Positions 1-10,218 of a stretch of DNA of 32,000 bases are shown piece by piece. The notes below the pieces were generated by a model. It saw only the letters and a program-made list of their open reading frames with translations, did not search any database and was not told the DNA's origin. The translations under genes and the position numbers were made by a program. The stretch comes from Candidatus Arthromitus sp. SFB-rat-Yit (GTDB taxonomy: Bacteria > Bacillota > Clostridia > Clostridiales > Clostridiaceae), in NCBI RefSeq assembly GCF_000283555.1, contig NC_016012.1:1170001-1202000 (forward strand), given 5' to 3'. The first letter of the stretch is position 1; every line of letters begins with the position of its first letter.

Positions 1-121
1 CATCAATAACACAGTTTGGTTTTAAACTCGTAGCTGCATTATCAAAATATATTATTGGGGATCCGTTATCTGATCTACATAATAGAGCCGGAAAATCTTC
101 CCTAATTTTAGAAATATCCAA
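1..121 (-). CDS. sufS: Cysteine desulfurase SufS, N-terminal part (truncated by window edge; not in ORF track)
   Basis: Reverse complement from a TTG start at 121, preceded by GGAGG, reads (M)DISKIREDFPALLCRSDNGSPIIYFDNAATSLKPNCVID. This contains the characteristic YFDNAATSLKP segment of SufS-type cysteine desulfurases. It lies directly after sufD. Confidence 0.93.
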   Translation of the reverse strand, partial: MDISKIREDFPALLCRSDNGSPIIYFDNAATSLKPNCVID

Positions 122-122
122 T

Positions 123-1166
123 CTAAATTGCCTCCATTAAAATATCCACAAATTTATCAATCATCTCTTTATTTCGTACGCCCTCTAGCATATTTAAAAA
201 TTTACCTTTTAATATCAAGCCCTTAGCCTGTTTTTCTGTAAAACCACGACTGAGTAAATAAAATATTTTATCTTTATTAATTGAATTAGCCGTAAATCCA
301 TGACCCCCTTTAACATTTTTCTCATCACATAAAAGTAGTGGGAGTGATTTATTAACTGCATTTTTACTCAATATAATAACTTCCTCACTCTCATTTCCAA
401 TCGCATTCAAACATCCCTTTTTAAAATCAATCGCTCCCCTAAATATTTTCTTACTATTATCAAGCAAAATACCCTTACCATTTATTAAAGCATTGCTCTC
501 TTTACCAATCATAGCAGAAGTCAAATTATAATCATACTTGTAATCTTTTGAACAAATATAACAAACATTTGTCTTACTTGAAGACTTATTACCATTTAAA
601 TATAATTCACAATTTGTGTATACACTATTTTGGTTCACATTTATCAATAAAAAATCAACATGTGCATTGTCATCTATATCTCCCAAAACATTTATAAAAC
701 CCTTAGAAAATGAATTGATAAAAAGTACAAGTTTTACTTTCGAGTTTCTTTTAGCATTTATATAATAAAAATGATTAAATTGATCTCCATTACCACAAAT
801 CTCACTATTTATATATAAATCCTTACCTTCACCGCATTCTATATTAAAAGTTACAGTAGATACTCCATCATTTAAACATTCCTTCAGATTTAACTCAGAA
901 TTTTCATCATTAACTTTAACATTAATGAATTTTCCTTTGATTAAATCATAAATAACTTCTTTAGCTATCCCACCATTTATCCTAGAACACAAATTTGAGA
1001 TATTATTTTTAATATTATCGTCAAAATCAATTAACAAACCCGAATTATTTATTACTACATTTGAATTATTAATGCTATTTGATATAAAATTTTCTTCACT
1101 AAAATTTCCTTTAAGATAACTATAAGTTCTTACAATTGTTTCATTAACCCTAACTTTTTGACTCAT
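123..1166 (-). CDS. sufD: Fe-S cluster assembly protein SufD (ORF track opens at 1193; probable start is the internal ATG at 1166, MSQKVRV...)
   Basis: C-terminal SufB/SufD core (GHGFTANSINKDKIFYLLSRGFTEKQAKGLILKGKF) and genomic position between sufB and sufS. The extra N-terminal 9 aa overlap the sufB 3' end. Confidence 0.88.
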   Translation of the reverse strand: MSQKVRVNETIVRTYSYLKGNFSEENFISNSINNSNVVINNSGLLIDFDDNIKNNISNLCSRINGGIAKEVIYDLIKGKFINVKVNDENSELNLKECLNDGVSTVTFNIECGEGKDLYINSEICGNGDQFNHFYYINAKRNSKVKLVLFINSFSKGFINVLGDIDDNAHVDFLLINVNQNSVYTNCELYLNGNKSSSKTNVCYICSKDYKYDYNLTSAMIGKESNALINGKGILLDNSKKIFRGAIDFKKGCLNAIGNESEEVIILSKNAVNKSLPLLLCDEKNVKGGHGFTANSINKDKIFYLLSRGFTEKQAKGLILKGKFLNMLEGVRNKEMIDKFVDILMEAI

Positions 1167-1170
1167 ATTT

Positions 1171-2556
1171 CTATAACCCCTGCATTTCAACATTTATAAG
1201 ATTATTCATTTCAATCGCATACTCAAGCGGTAATTCTTTAGATATTTCCTCTGCAAAACCCCTGACAATAAGAGCCTTAGCATCTTTTTCACTTAAACCA
1301 CGAGTTTGAAGATAGAAAATCTTATCATCATTTATATTTCCAATTGTAGCCTCATGACCTACATCAACATTTTCACAATTTATTTCAATATAGGGTATAG
1401 TATCTGAGGAAGATTGCTCATCCAACACTAGTGAATCGCAAGTAATATTTGTCTTAGATCCCTCAGCATTTTTCTTAAACGTAACCATTCCTCTATAATT
1501 TCCTACACCACCCGATTTTGCAATAGATTTTGAGCATATGTTGGAAGAAGTATTAGGTGCAGCATGGACAACCTTAGCACCTGTATCCAAACATTGACCT
1601 TCTGATGCAAAAGAAATTCCTAAAAAATCACAAGTTGCATTTTCTCCTTTAAGTATACTCATAGGATATAGCATAGAAATTTTAGATCCAAACGATCCCG
1701 ATACCCACTCAATTTTACCATTTTTCTCAACCATCGAACGCTTTGTATTTAAATTAAACATATTTTTAGACCAATTTTCAATCGTTGAATATCTTAACGT
1801 TGCATTTTCCTTAACAAACAATTCAACACAACCAGCATGCATATTATAAACATTGTGTTTAGGAGCTGAACATCCTTCTATAAAACTCAAATAAGCTCCT
1901 TCATCGACCACAATCAAAGTATGTTCGAATTGACCTGCACCTTTTGCATTAAGTCTAAAATATGATTGAAGTGGAATCTCAACTTTAACACCTTTTGGTA
2001 TGTAAATAAATGATCCTCCAGACCACACCGCACCGTGAAGTGCCGCAAACTTATGATCGGTTGGAGGAACAAGTGTCATAAAATATTTTTTAACAAGCTC
2101 TTCATGCTCTTTTAAGGCAAGCTCCATATGCATATAAATAACTCCCTGAGCTTTCAAATCCTCACGAACATTATGATAAACCACCTCAGAATCATACTGT
2201 GCTTCAACACCAGCTAAACACTCCTTCTCAGCATTCAAAATTCCAAGCTTATCAAAAGTATCTTTTATATATTCTGGAGTATCCTTCCAATCATTTGAAA
2301 ATTTACCGTTAGGCTTAACATATGAAACAATATTTTCTATATCAAGTTCATCAATATTAGGTCCCCAAACAGGCAAAGGCATATTATTATAAATTTCAAG
2401 AGATTTGAGCCTAAAATCAGTCATCCATTTAGGTTCATCTTTTTGCTTAGAAATTTCCATTATAATATCCTTCGATAAACCTTTGTTACTTACAAATTCT
2501 TCATAATTTTCATGTTTAAAATCATATCTGCTTCTATCAATATCATTTATTCTCAT
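1171..2556 (-). CDS. sufB: Fe-S cluster assembly protein SufB
   Basis: Highly conserved SufB sequence (AEKECLAGVEAQYDSEVVYHN, SYFRLNAKGAGQFEHTLIVVDEGAYLSFIEGCSAP, EIPYIEINCENVDVGHEATIG-like C-terminus). Confidence 0.97.
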   Translation of the reverse strand: MRINDIDRSRYDFKHENYEEFVSNKGLSKDIIMEISKQKDEPKWMTDFRLKSLEIYNNMPLPVWGPNIDELDIENIVSYVKPNGKFSNDWKDTPEYIKDTFDKLGILNAEKECLAGVEAQYDSEVVYHNVREDLKAQGVIYMHMELALKEHEELVKKYFMTLVPPTDHKFAALHGAVWSGGSFIYIPKGVKVEIPLQSYFRLNAKGAGQFEHTLIVVDEGAYLSFIEGCSAPKHNVYNMHAGCVELFVKENATLRYSTIENWSKNMFNLNTKRSMVEKNGKIEWVSGSFGSKISMLYPMSILKGENATCDFLGISFASEGQCLDTGAKVVHAAPNTSSNICSKSIAKSGGVGNYRGMVTFKKNAEGSKTNITCDSLVLDEQSSSDTIPYIEINCENVDVGHEATIGNINDDKIFYLQTRGLSEKDAKALIVRGFAEEISKELPLEYAIEMNNLINVEMQGL

Positions 2557-2562
2557 AACGAA

Positions 2563-3300
2563 CTATTTCTCCTCCAATAGAACTGAATAACCATTTTTAT
2601 TTACTTCATCAAACAATTCTATCCCTCCAGTTTTAACATTTTGACCATCTTTTAATATATGTACATGAGTCACATTAAGCTCACGGATAATCTCTTCTCT
2701 ATGAGTAATTATAATAACAGCCTTATCTTTAGTTATTAAATTTTTAAGAATATCACACACAGAACGAACAGCATCTATATCAAGTCCAGAGTCTATTTCA
2801 TCTAATATTATCAACTCAGGATTTAAAAATTTCATTTGAAGTAATTCACTCTTTTTCTTCTCTCCACCAGAAAATCCGGAATTTAAATATCTAAGAATAT
2901 GAGAGTCTTGCAATCCAACATCCCCAAATTCTTTACTCAAACTCATATTAAACGCAAGATTAGGTTTTTCATTTTTAACCTTACTTTTAAGCTCTCTTAA
3001 ATAATCTTTATATACAAGACCTTCTATTTCTTCAACTTGTTGAAAACATAAAAATATTCCTTTTCTCGCTCTCTCATCTGGAGTTAAATTATTTATTTTC
3101 TCTCCTTTAAAAAATATATCTCCATTTACAACTGTGTATCTAGGATTTCCAAGTATACTCATAGATAAAGATGATTTACCACTTCCATTTGGTCCAAGTA
3201 TAACATGAACTTCTCCTGAATTAACTGAAAGATTTATATTATTTAAAACATTCTTTTCATTTACATTAACACTAAAATTTTGTATATCTAAAAAATTCAT
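2563..3300 (-). CDS. sufC: Fe-S cluster assembly ATPase SufC
   Basis: ABC ATPase with Walker A GPNGSGKSS, signature SGGEKKKSE and Walker B LIILDEIDSGLDID. First gene of the suf operon. Confidence 0.97.
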   Translation of the reverse strand: MNFLDIQNFSVNVNEKNVLNNINLSVNSGEVHVILGPNGSGKSSLSMSILGNPRYTVVNGDIFFKGEKINNLTPDERARKGIFLCFQQVEEIEGLVYKDYLRELKSKVKNEKPNLAFNMSLSKEFGDVGLQDSHILRYLNSGFSGGEKKKSELLQMKFLNPELIILDEIDSGLDIDAVRSVCDILKNLITKDKAVIIITHREEIIRELNVTHVHILKDGQNVKTGGIELFDEVNKNGYSVLLEEK

Positions 3301-3458
3301 AAAATTAACTCCTCTAAATTTCCAAATTAATCTATACCTTTTTAGTATGAATTACATTTTTTATTCTAACTTATACAAAATATAAATTGCAATATCAATT
3401 AGACAAAAATATTTTAAATTATAAATTCACATTATTTTTCGCTTAAAAAAAAATAAAA

Positions 3459-3480
3459 GATAGCACCATTTAATGCTATC
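3459..3480 (-). terminator. Intrinsic terminator of the 3481..4113 gene
   Basis: On the minus strand GATAGCA-TTAAATGG-TGCTATC followed by TTTTATTTTTTTTT, starting immediately after the stop codon. Confidence 0.85.
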
Positions 3481-4113
3481 TTAATTATTAACCACTTCAA
3501 TCAATGGTTTATTTTGAAATCCAAGTTCCTGATCTTTCAAACTCAAATCATTTATTTTAGCTAATTGTACATATGTATTTATATCATTTTCATTTTTAAA
3601 AAACATTAACATCGATAAATCATAATGTGTAAATACCATGATATCTAATTTATCAAAATAAAAACTAGTAAAATGAATCTCTCTTGTGCAAAGACTCATA
3701 AACATTTTAAAAACACCAAAATCATTAATTTTATAAACATCTTCATCTCTTACATGAGAACGTAAAATATTTATAAGTTTGATTGAATCCTTATAATCTA
3801 AATCTCTTAACATATATAAAATCTTCATATTATCTATTTTATCTATATTAAAATTACCAACATACATAGTTCCATGATTCAATTTAAAAATATCCTCAAA
3901 AAATCTAAATATTTTATCTTCAAATTTTAAATTATACTCTAATCCATGCTCAACAAAATCCAATTTGCTCTTATTATTATAAACTCTTTCTTCATCATTA
4001 ATATATAATACTTTTAAAAAGTATTCATTAGTTATATTCTCCATCCCAAAATTCATAGAGTCAACAAACTTCTTTGTTATATCTCTTTCTAATGTATTAA
4101 GTATATGTAACAT
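3481..4113 (-). CDS. Hypothetical protein (210 aa)
   Basis: Intact ORF with its own terminator. No motif recognised. Confidence 0.75.
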   Translation of the reverse strand: MLHILNTLERDITKKFVDSMNFGMENITNEYFLKVLYINDEERVYNNKSKLDFVEHGLEYNLKFEDKIFRFFEDIFKLNHGTMYVGNFNIDKIDNMKILYMLRDLDYKDSIKLINILRSHVRDEDVYKINDFGVFKMFMSLCTREIHFTSFYFDKLDIMVFTHYDLSMLMFFKNENDINTYVQLAKINDLSLKDQELGFQNKPLIEVVNN

Positions 4114-4226
4114 AGTTACCCCCTAAATTCCCAATTTTTTACCATGTTACATTTATTATACATAATTACATTTTATAAATAAAGTTAAACTGAACACAAA
4201 AAAAGTATCATTTTTTACAAAATTTA

Positions 4227-5051
4227 CTAAAAGTGTTCTAATAATTTTTTTATAGCATATCCAACTCCATCTTTATCAAAATCAAGAGTTATGAAATCAG
4301 CTTTTAATTTCAATTCATCTATCGCATTATTTACAGCAACTTTATACCCACACTCTTTAAACATAGATATATCGTTCCCCCCATCACCTATACACATAAT
4401 ATGTTCTTTATCTATATTTAAATATTTTCTAAGTTCAGCAACTCCTTTTCCTTTCCCTTCACCTTTTTTCAATATTTCAATTGTATTAACCCATGAATAC
4501 TCTACTTCAAATTCTCCTAATTCTATGATTTTTAATATTAAATCATTAAGCTTATTTTCATCATCACTCGAAACTAAAACCTTACATATCTTATCTCCAT
4601 TATTTTTAAATAATTCATCCCACTCATCTTCATCTTCAATTACAACCTTCTTCATAGAGTGTTCATTTTTATTCTCCTCATCATGATAATCATCCAAATT
4701 ATTATTAGAATAAATTGTATCTATTGTAGAATAATGTGTGTTAAAATGTTTTTCTTTTACAAATTTATGTATTTTAACTAAATTATCTACACCAAAAAAA
4801 CTTGAATATACAATCTTATTATTTTCAATATCATATACATATGTTCCATTGTTTCCTAACGCATATGTAGGTATCCCTAAAACTTTTGAAAAATATAAAC
4901 AATGTATAAATAATCTACCCGTAACTAAAGCTATCTTTATCCCATTATTGTACGCCTTATTTATATATTCTATATTTACACTAGAAATATTTGAGATATC
5001 TTTAAGCGTAGTACCATCCAAATCTAAACAAATTAATTTTATATTTTTCAC
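4227..5051 (-). CDS. Cof-type HAD-superfamily hydrolase
   Basis: Motif I LDLDGTT, motif III/IV GDGGNDISMF, and C-terminal ADFITLDFDKDGVGYAI typical of Cof/YcsE-like HAD phosphatases. Confidence 0.93.
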   Translation of the reverse strand: MKNIKLICLDLDGTTLKDISNISSVNIEYINKAYNNGIKIALVTGRLFIHCLYFSKVLGIPTYALGNNGTYVYDIENNKIVYSSFFGVDNLVKIHKFVKEKHFNTHYSTIDTIYSNNNLDDYHDEENKNEHSMKKVVIEDEDEWDELFKNNGDKICKVLVSSDDENKLNDLILKIIELGEFEVEYSWVNTIEILKKGEGKGKGVAELRKYLNIDKEHIMCIGDGGNDISMFKECGYKVAVNNAIDELKLKADFITLDFDKDGVGYAIKKLLEHF

Positions 5052-5078
5052 AATTTACCTCCAAACAATATAAATCAA

Positions 5079-5708
5079 CTACAAACCTATACTTAAACAA
5101 CCTATATTAATCTCTGTTAATATAAAATCAAGTAAAACTATAAATACAAATATAATCCCCCCTAAATAATAAGCAAAATTAACTAAGTAGACATTTATTA
5201 TTATAAATATCAAATTTATCAATAATAGCTTCCATAACACCTTTATTTGATTTTTAATATACTCAATTTTATATTTATTAAACCTTATATCAGCTAATCT
5301 AAATAATCTAATGTTATACATAAAATATAAAAATGTTAAAACTATTATCATAACTACCATAATTAAATATTTAATTGGACTAAAAAACAAGCCAATTAAA
5401 GATAACCCTAAAATTATTAATCCAAAAGACATAAATACAATAAAATTAATAAATAAATATTTTTTATACAATACTGTTTTTTTATCATTTGTATTATTTA
5501 ATTTTAAACATATATTTTTAAATTTAATTCCCTGGATTAAAAGTTGAAACAAATAAATAAAAAATATTATGTAAAATGTTCTAACAAATGATAAATTATT
5601 CAAATAACTTTCAGTGAATCTTATTAATATACTACCAATTATATATGAAATTAAAATAAATATTAATTGATTAATCCTAATTGATTTTATATTGTTGTTG
5701 TGATTCAT
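5079..5708 (-). CDS. Hypothetical multi-pass membrane protein (209 aa)
   Basis: Several strongly hydrophobic segments. Immediately upstream of the HAD gene, same strand. Confidence 0.75.
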   Translation of the reverse strand: MNHNNNIKSIRINQLIFILISYIIGSILIRFTESYLNNLSFVRTFYIIFFIYLFQLLIQGIKFKNICLKLNNTNDKKTVLYKKYLFINFIVFMSFGLIILGLSLIGLFFSPIKYLIMVVMIIVLTFLYFMYNIRLFRLADIRFNKYKIEYIKNQIKVLWKLLLINLIFIIINVYLVNFAYYLGGIIFVFIVLLDFILTEINIGCLSIGL

Positions 5709-5781
5709 TCTTTGATACTCCTCTATTATTTAAAATCTATTAAAAATTTATATGATTTCAAATAATATTTTTATTCCATAT

Positions 5782-5814
5782 AAAAAAGTACATAGATATA
5801 CTATGTACTTTTTT
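5782..5814. terminator. Bidirectional intrinsic terminator after the GH63-like gene
   Basis: AAAAAAGTACATAG-ATATA-CTATGTACTTTTTT: perfect 14-bp arms, U-tract potential on both strands. Confidence 0.85.
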
Positions 5815-5818
5815 ATAA

Positions 5819-8128
5819 TCATTCTATTGTTAAAACATTTTGTGATGTATTTTCATTTCCACACAATGTATTTCTATATAATAAATAATATGCAGCTGCA
5901 CTCCAACTAAAATTCTTTGCATGAAGTGCTTCTCCTGTTAAAGGATTATAATTTTCATTAATAGGATTTGAAGATAAAATACCTTGTGCATTATCAAATA
6001 ACTTATAAGTTAACTCAATTGCTTCTTTTTTGTACCCATAATTTTCTAATGCTTCAATTCCATATAATGCCTGGTCTAACCATACAGGACCTCTCCAATA
6101 TACATTTGGATTAAAAAAAGGATTGTCCTTAGATGCTGTTGGAAATGGAACGTTTAAATTAAATTTTTCAGGATCTAATATATTTTGTACGACTTTCTCT
6201 GCTTTATCTGAAGGCGCAAGTTTTGCCCATAATGGTATATATCCTTCTGTACCTTTACCTCTATTTACCAATAATTTCTTATTATTGCCTGTTTTATCTA
6301 TCTGTAAATCGTAATAAAATCCAGTTTCATCATCATACATAAATTTATTTATATAATCAGCTACCTCTTTAGCTTCATTCTTATATTTAACAGCATCTTC
6401 ATTATTACCTAACAACTCAGCAAAATACTTTAAAAAAGCTTTTTCTGCATACAAATACGCATTTAAATCAACTGACTCTTGATTTATTGAATACCCAACT
6501 ATATCTCCATTTTTATTTGTGTTTTTAAATACTTGTACTCCAATATCCCCTTCTCCGATACCTTCTTTATCAAATCTTATAGCATTATCCATACCACTTT
6601 CCCAAGCTGCAGCCTCAATAATTGCATCATTATTTAAAATTGGTGTATTACTTTCATCTTTTAAAATATTTCCATTACTATCATATTTATAATGCGCTTC
6701 ATGAACCATAGCTCCATATTCAGCAATACCATTTTTATCTGTATCTCTATTCCTATACCACCACTCATGATAAGCCTTTAATTTAGGATACATTTCCTTT
6801 ACAAATTCTATATCCTTATCTTCCTTATAAACATTATAAACAGCCCAAGCTGCTAGAGGTGGCTTTGAATTCCTTTTATTAAAAGATTCTTCTTGATAAT
6901 ATATAGCATCCAATATCACTCCCTCATCCTGTGGGCGCTTCTCATCTGTGGATTGAACTTGATAATCAAACATTACTCTTATAGAATCTTTTGCAAGTTC
7001 TGTATCAAATCCAGCAACTGCAACCGCATTTTTCCAAGAGTCCCATGCCCATAATCCATTAAACCATCTATATGAAACTGATGGAGTAATTCCAGAATTT
7101 TTTAAATCTCCAGCCTCACTCCTCCAATTTGTAGTAAGTGTCATAATAGATTTTATCGCAGCATTTTTATAAGCCTTACTAACACTTCCATCATCTTTTA
7201 TCGTGTTGTTTATATAACTCTGCCACCTTATAAGATTCTCTGAAAAATATCTTTCAGGATTATTTTGTATACTTGAAATTTTGAATTGCTCACTCTTATA
7301 CTCGTCATCTGTAAATGTAAAACTTTCAGTTCTGTTTATTGTATAAGAACCACCCTTATCTAAAATAATCTCATCTTTTAAATAAGTTTTATAAGAATTT
7401 TTATCTTCAGAAACCTCAGTACTAACATCTTTATCATAATTTACTAAGAACTTATTATATTTTGTATTTTCCGATAATCCCCCATTCTCCCCATCAAAAT
7501 TTACTCTTAATCCATTTGATAGAGATTCTATGGAAGGGTTAATATTATATACCTTCTTATTGTGTGTAAAAGAATCAAATAATTTCCCTTCCCATGAAAC
7601 ATTAAACTTTACAGGATCATTGCTTAAATTTATAATTTGAGTTTTTACTATAGCAGTTCTATCTGTTCCAAATATCAATTCCATAATTAATTTAAAATCA
7701 TTTCTAAATTCATAACTTTGAACTAATTTACCTGGATAATATGATAATGTTGGTTTAGCTAAAGATAAATCAACCTCATTTCCATTTTTAACCAGCTTAA
7801 TTTTAGTAAGTGCCTCAGATAAATTAACCGCTATTGTTTCTGATGTACTCTCAAATAAAATCGTAGGTCCCGCGAATCCTCCCAGATTATTTTTATCATC
7901 TAAAGATGGTAAACTATATCCATGCCAAGATCCATTATCCATAAAAGTCGTAAAATCACTTACTTGATAATATCCATATGGTGTATCTGTCAACCTTGCT
8001 TGTACATTTAATACGTTTACAAAATCAGAAATTTCATATTTTTTCCCACTTGCATATACAGATGAAGAAAAACAGAGGCTAAAAATCATAAATCCCGATA
8101 ATAATTTCTTAATAAATTTCCATTTCAT
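5819..8128 (-). CDS. Secreted glycoside hydrolase, GH63/YgjK-like glucosidase
   Basis: N-terminal signal peptide (MKWKFIKKLLSGFMIFSLCFSSSVYA), YgjK-like N-domain (GSWHGYSLPSLDDKNNLGGFAGP), and (alpha/alpha)6-type catalytic region (RWFNGLWAWDSWKNAVAVA, YYDLQIDKTGNNK, NVYWRGPVWLDQALYGIEALENYGY). Confidence 0.88.
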   Translation of the reverse strand: MKWKFIKKLLSGFMIFSLCFSSSVYASGKKYEISDFVNVLNVQARLTDTPYGYYQVSDFTTFMDNGSWHGYSLPSLDDKNNLGGFAGPTILFESTSETIAVNLSEALTKIKLVKNGNEVDLSLAKPTLSYYPGKLVQSYEFRNDFKLIMELIFGTDRTAIVKTQIINLSNDPVKFNVSWEGKLFDSFTHNKKVYNINPSIESLSNGLRVNFDGENGGLSENTKYNKFLVNYDKDVSTEVSEDKNSYKTYLKDEIILDKGGSYTINRTESFTFTDDEYKSEQFKISSIQNNPERYFSENLIRWQSYINNTIKDDGSVSKAYKNAAIKSIMTLTTNWRSEAGDLKNSGITPSVSYRWFNGLWAWDSWKNAVAVAGFDTELAKDSIRVMFDYQVQSTDEKRPQDEGVILDAIYYQEESFNKRNSKPPLAAWAVYNVYKEDKDIEFVKEMYPKLKAYHEWWYRNRDTDKNGIAEYGAMVHEAHYKYDSNGNILKDESNTPILNNDAIIEAAAWESGMDNAIRFDKEGIGEGDIGVQVFKNTNKNGDIVGYSINQESVDLNAYLYAEKAFLKYFAELLGNNEDAVKYKNEAKEVADYINKFMYDDETGFYYDLQIDKTGNNKKLLVNRGKGTEGYIPLWAKLAPSDKAEKVVQNILDPEKFNLNVPFPTASKDNPFFNPNVYWRGPVWLDQALYGIEALENYGYKKEAIELTYKLFDNAQGILSSNPINENYNPLTGEALHAKNFSWSAAAYYLLYRNTLCGNENTSQNVLTIE

Positions 8129-8224
8129 TACATTTGCACCTTTCTTAATAAATTCACCTACATAGTTTACACTTATTAGAAAACATTTACAATAACTTGT
8201 ATATTAGTTTTTAAACAAAAAAAA

Positions 8225-8245
8225 TAAATAGGCTAGAAACCTATT
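8225..8245 (-). terminator. Intrinsic terminator of the 8245..8583 gene
   Basis: Minus strand AAATAGG-TTTCTAG-CCTATTT followed by ATTTTTTTTGTTT; overlaps the 3' end of the coding region. Confidence 0.75.
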
Positions 8246-8583
8246 TACTTAATATCAATATTTATAAGGGCAACCATTACTATATATTCTTTGCTATTAT
8301 TTCCCTTATTTAAAACAGATTTTATTTTTATATTAAATACTTTAAAATTATCATTAATATTTATCTTACTTATAAATTCCTCAACATCCTTTATTATATC
8401 TACTTGTTTAGGTAATTTATCGTATACAAGAATTAATTTTTTGTATTTAAATACCGGTAAATTATTAAAAGTAACGGAATCATTGATTTTATCATTTTTA
8501 TTATTTGTAAATAATGATTCACAATTTTTACTATAAGAATCATTTAAATTTATTTTTAAATAATCTTTCTCCTCTTTAAACAT
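8245..8583 (-). CDS. Hypothetical protein (112 aa)
   Basis: ATG preceded by GGAG, own terminator. No domain recognised. Confidence 0.65.
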   Translation of the reverse strand: MFKEEKDYLKINLNDSYSKNCESLFTNNKNDKINDSVTFNNLPVFKYKKLILVYDKLPKQVDIIKDVEEFISKININDNFKVFNIKIKSVLNKGNNSKEYIVMVALINIDIK

Positions 8584-8763
8584 AATCTAGCTCCAATCTC
8601 AATCATTCAAAATATTGGTTTAATCTACTTGTATCTAAACTAAATAATATATATTATTTTCGTTATAAAAATATATTTACTTTACTAAATTAATTTATTA
8701 AATTATTTTAGTATAATAATTTATAAAAATTCTATTTAACTTTAATAACATCAATGTAAACAA

Positions 8764-8796
8764 AAATAGTTATTGCAAAATCTACAATAACTATTT
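8764..8796. terminator. Hairpin, possible intrinsic terminator of the 8985..10205 transcript
   Basis: AAATAGTTATTG-CAAAATCTA-CAATAACTATTT: perfect 12-bp arms; minus-strand continuation TTGTTT. About 190 bp downstream of the DUF4214-like gene. Confidence 0.55.
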
Positions 8797-8984
8797 AATA
8801 CATATTCTTTATTAATTTCATACATTTTATCTTTAGTATAATTTATTTCATATAATAACGCACCTTGTAATACTTTAACTGTTATTATTTGCTTAGTAAC
8901 TTCAATATAATTATTTCCTTAAGTTAGTACTAAAAAATTAGGTATAATATAAATTGTATATAATCAGTTATTTATTATAAATTT

Positions 8985-10205
8985 TTAAATTAATGCTGTA
9001 ACTACAATGTGAGTATATAAATTATTCATAAATCTCAATGTATTTCTTACTCTATCTTTTTCATATAAACTATAAACATACGTACTTGAATCATCAAAAG
9101 TAAATCTAAGTTTAGATAAATCATAACTCAAAATTTTATTTAAAAGCTCAAGATCCTCTTTTGAGTTAATTTTAATTTTAAATTCATGAACTGAAATTCC
9201 TTTTTCATCATATTTACTTTGATCTTTATAGCTAACCTCCAAATCTAAAGATTCATTTCCTAAAACTATGTCCGCCTTAGTTATAAGTTTACCAAGATTT
9301 CTTGAAGTAACACTCAATCCTAAAGTTATAAAATCATTATTCTTGTCTCCATCTAATTCTATAAATGGTGAAATATATACAGATTTAGGAGTATCATTTG
9401 GTAATTCTACTTGATAATCGAGTGCATGTACAATTCGTTTTATATTTCCACTCGATACACTTTTTATATCTTCATACATCTTATCTTCTGTTTTATTTGC
9501 AAATATTGGAAACATGCCTAATATAGTTTCAATATCCCTATTACTATCCTCGCTTTGAGCTAACACAGCTTGTTCAACTTTTGTAAATTCTTCATATAAA
9601 CCATTTATATACTCTATTTTTTCAGAATCATATTCCTCTCTTAATTCTGCAACACCAAAATTATTTAAATTTTGAAATTCTGGCGTAGTTCCAATTTTAT
9701 ATGAAAATTCACGAAAAGAATTCTCGCCAAACATCATTTTACTTACTTCATGTCTTGCAGAATTTTTATCATTTAATTTTTCATTTTCTTCTTCAATTTT
9801 TCCTATCCAATAATTACTCTCCTCATCGCTTGGGGATTTATTAAATAATAATTTATATATCATATCTATAAATTCTTTATCACTAACATCTTTTGATAAA
9901 AATTCTTCTCCCGTTACTAAAGAAATCATATAATTATATAATGATTCATTATGATTTCCAAGTAAATAACTCCAATACTCAATACCTGTATCATCTAAAT
10001 TATTCCTATTTAAAAAAACCTCATAACTCTTTACCACAAAATCATTCACAGAATTATATATTGGTCCAGAATCAACATTAGTTTCAATATTAACATTTAC
10101 TCCAGTATTATCACTATTTTCAGCATTAACCTTAATTAAACTAAAGCCGAATAATAAACAAATAAGTGAACTAGATAATATTTTACAAAATTTCCTCCTT
10201 AGCAT
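8985..10205 (-). CDS. Secreted DUF4214-like domain protein (ORF track opens at 10259; likely start at 10205, MLRRKFCKILSSS...)
   Basis: Signal peptide after Met 19 of the track ORF with a strong GGAGG at ideal spacing (GGAGGAATT-ATG). Two DUF4214-like repeats (FVVKSYEVFLNRNNLDDTGIEYWSYLL..., FIDMIYKLLFNKSPSDEESNYWIGKI). Confidence 0.85.
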   Translation of the reverse strand: MLRRKFCKILSSSLICLLFGFSLIKVNAENSDNTGVNVNIETNVDSGPIYNSVNDFVVKSYEVFLNRNNLDDTGIEYWSYLLGNHNESLYNYMISLVTGEEFLSKDVSDKEFIDMIYKLLFNKSPSDEESNYWIGKIEEENEKLNDKNSARHEVSKMMFGENSFREFSYKIGTTPEFQNLNNFGVAELREEYDSEKIEYINGLYEEFTKVEQAVLAQSEDSNRDIETILGMFPIFANKTEDKMYEDIKSVSSGNIKRIVHALDYQVELPNDTPKSVYISPFIELDGDKNNDFITLGLSVTSRNLGKLITKADIVLGNESLDLEVSYKDQSKYDEKGISVHEFKIKINSKEDLELLNKILSYDLSKLRFTFDDSSTYVYSLYEKDRVRNTLRFMNNLYTHIVVTALI

Positions 10206-10218
10206 AATTCCTCCTTGA

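Noticed and set aside
3301-3458. ATAC..GTAT element (minus-strand ATACTAAAAAGGTAT) upstream of sufC as an Rrf2/IscR operator
   Set aside because: Arms are only 4 bp and no regulator is encoded nearby. Too weak to support.
4291-5547. Plus-strand ORFs 4291..4686, 4738..5073 and 5311..5547
   Set aside because: Antisense to well-supported minus-strand genes (HAD hydrolase, membrane protein), low complexity, no RBS or motif. Treated as spurious frames.
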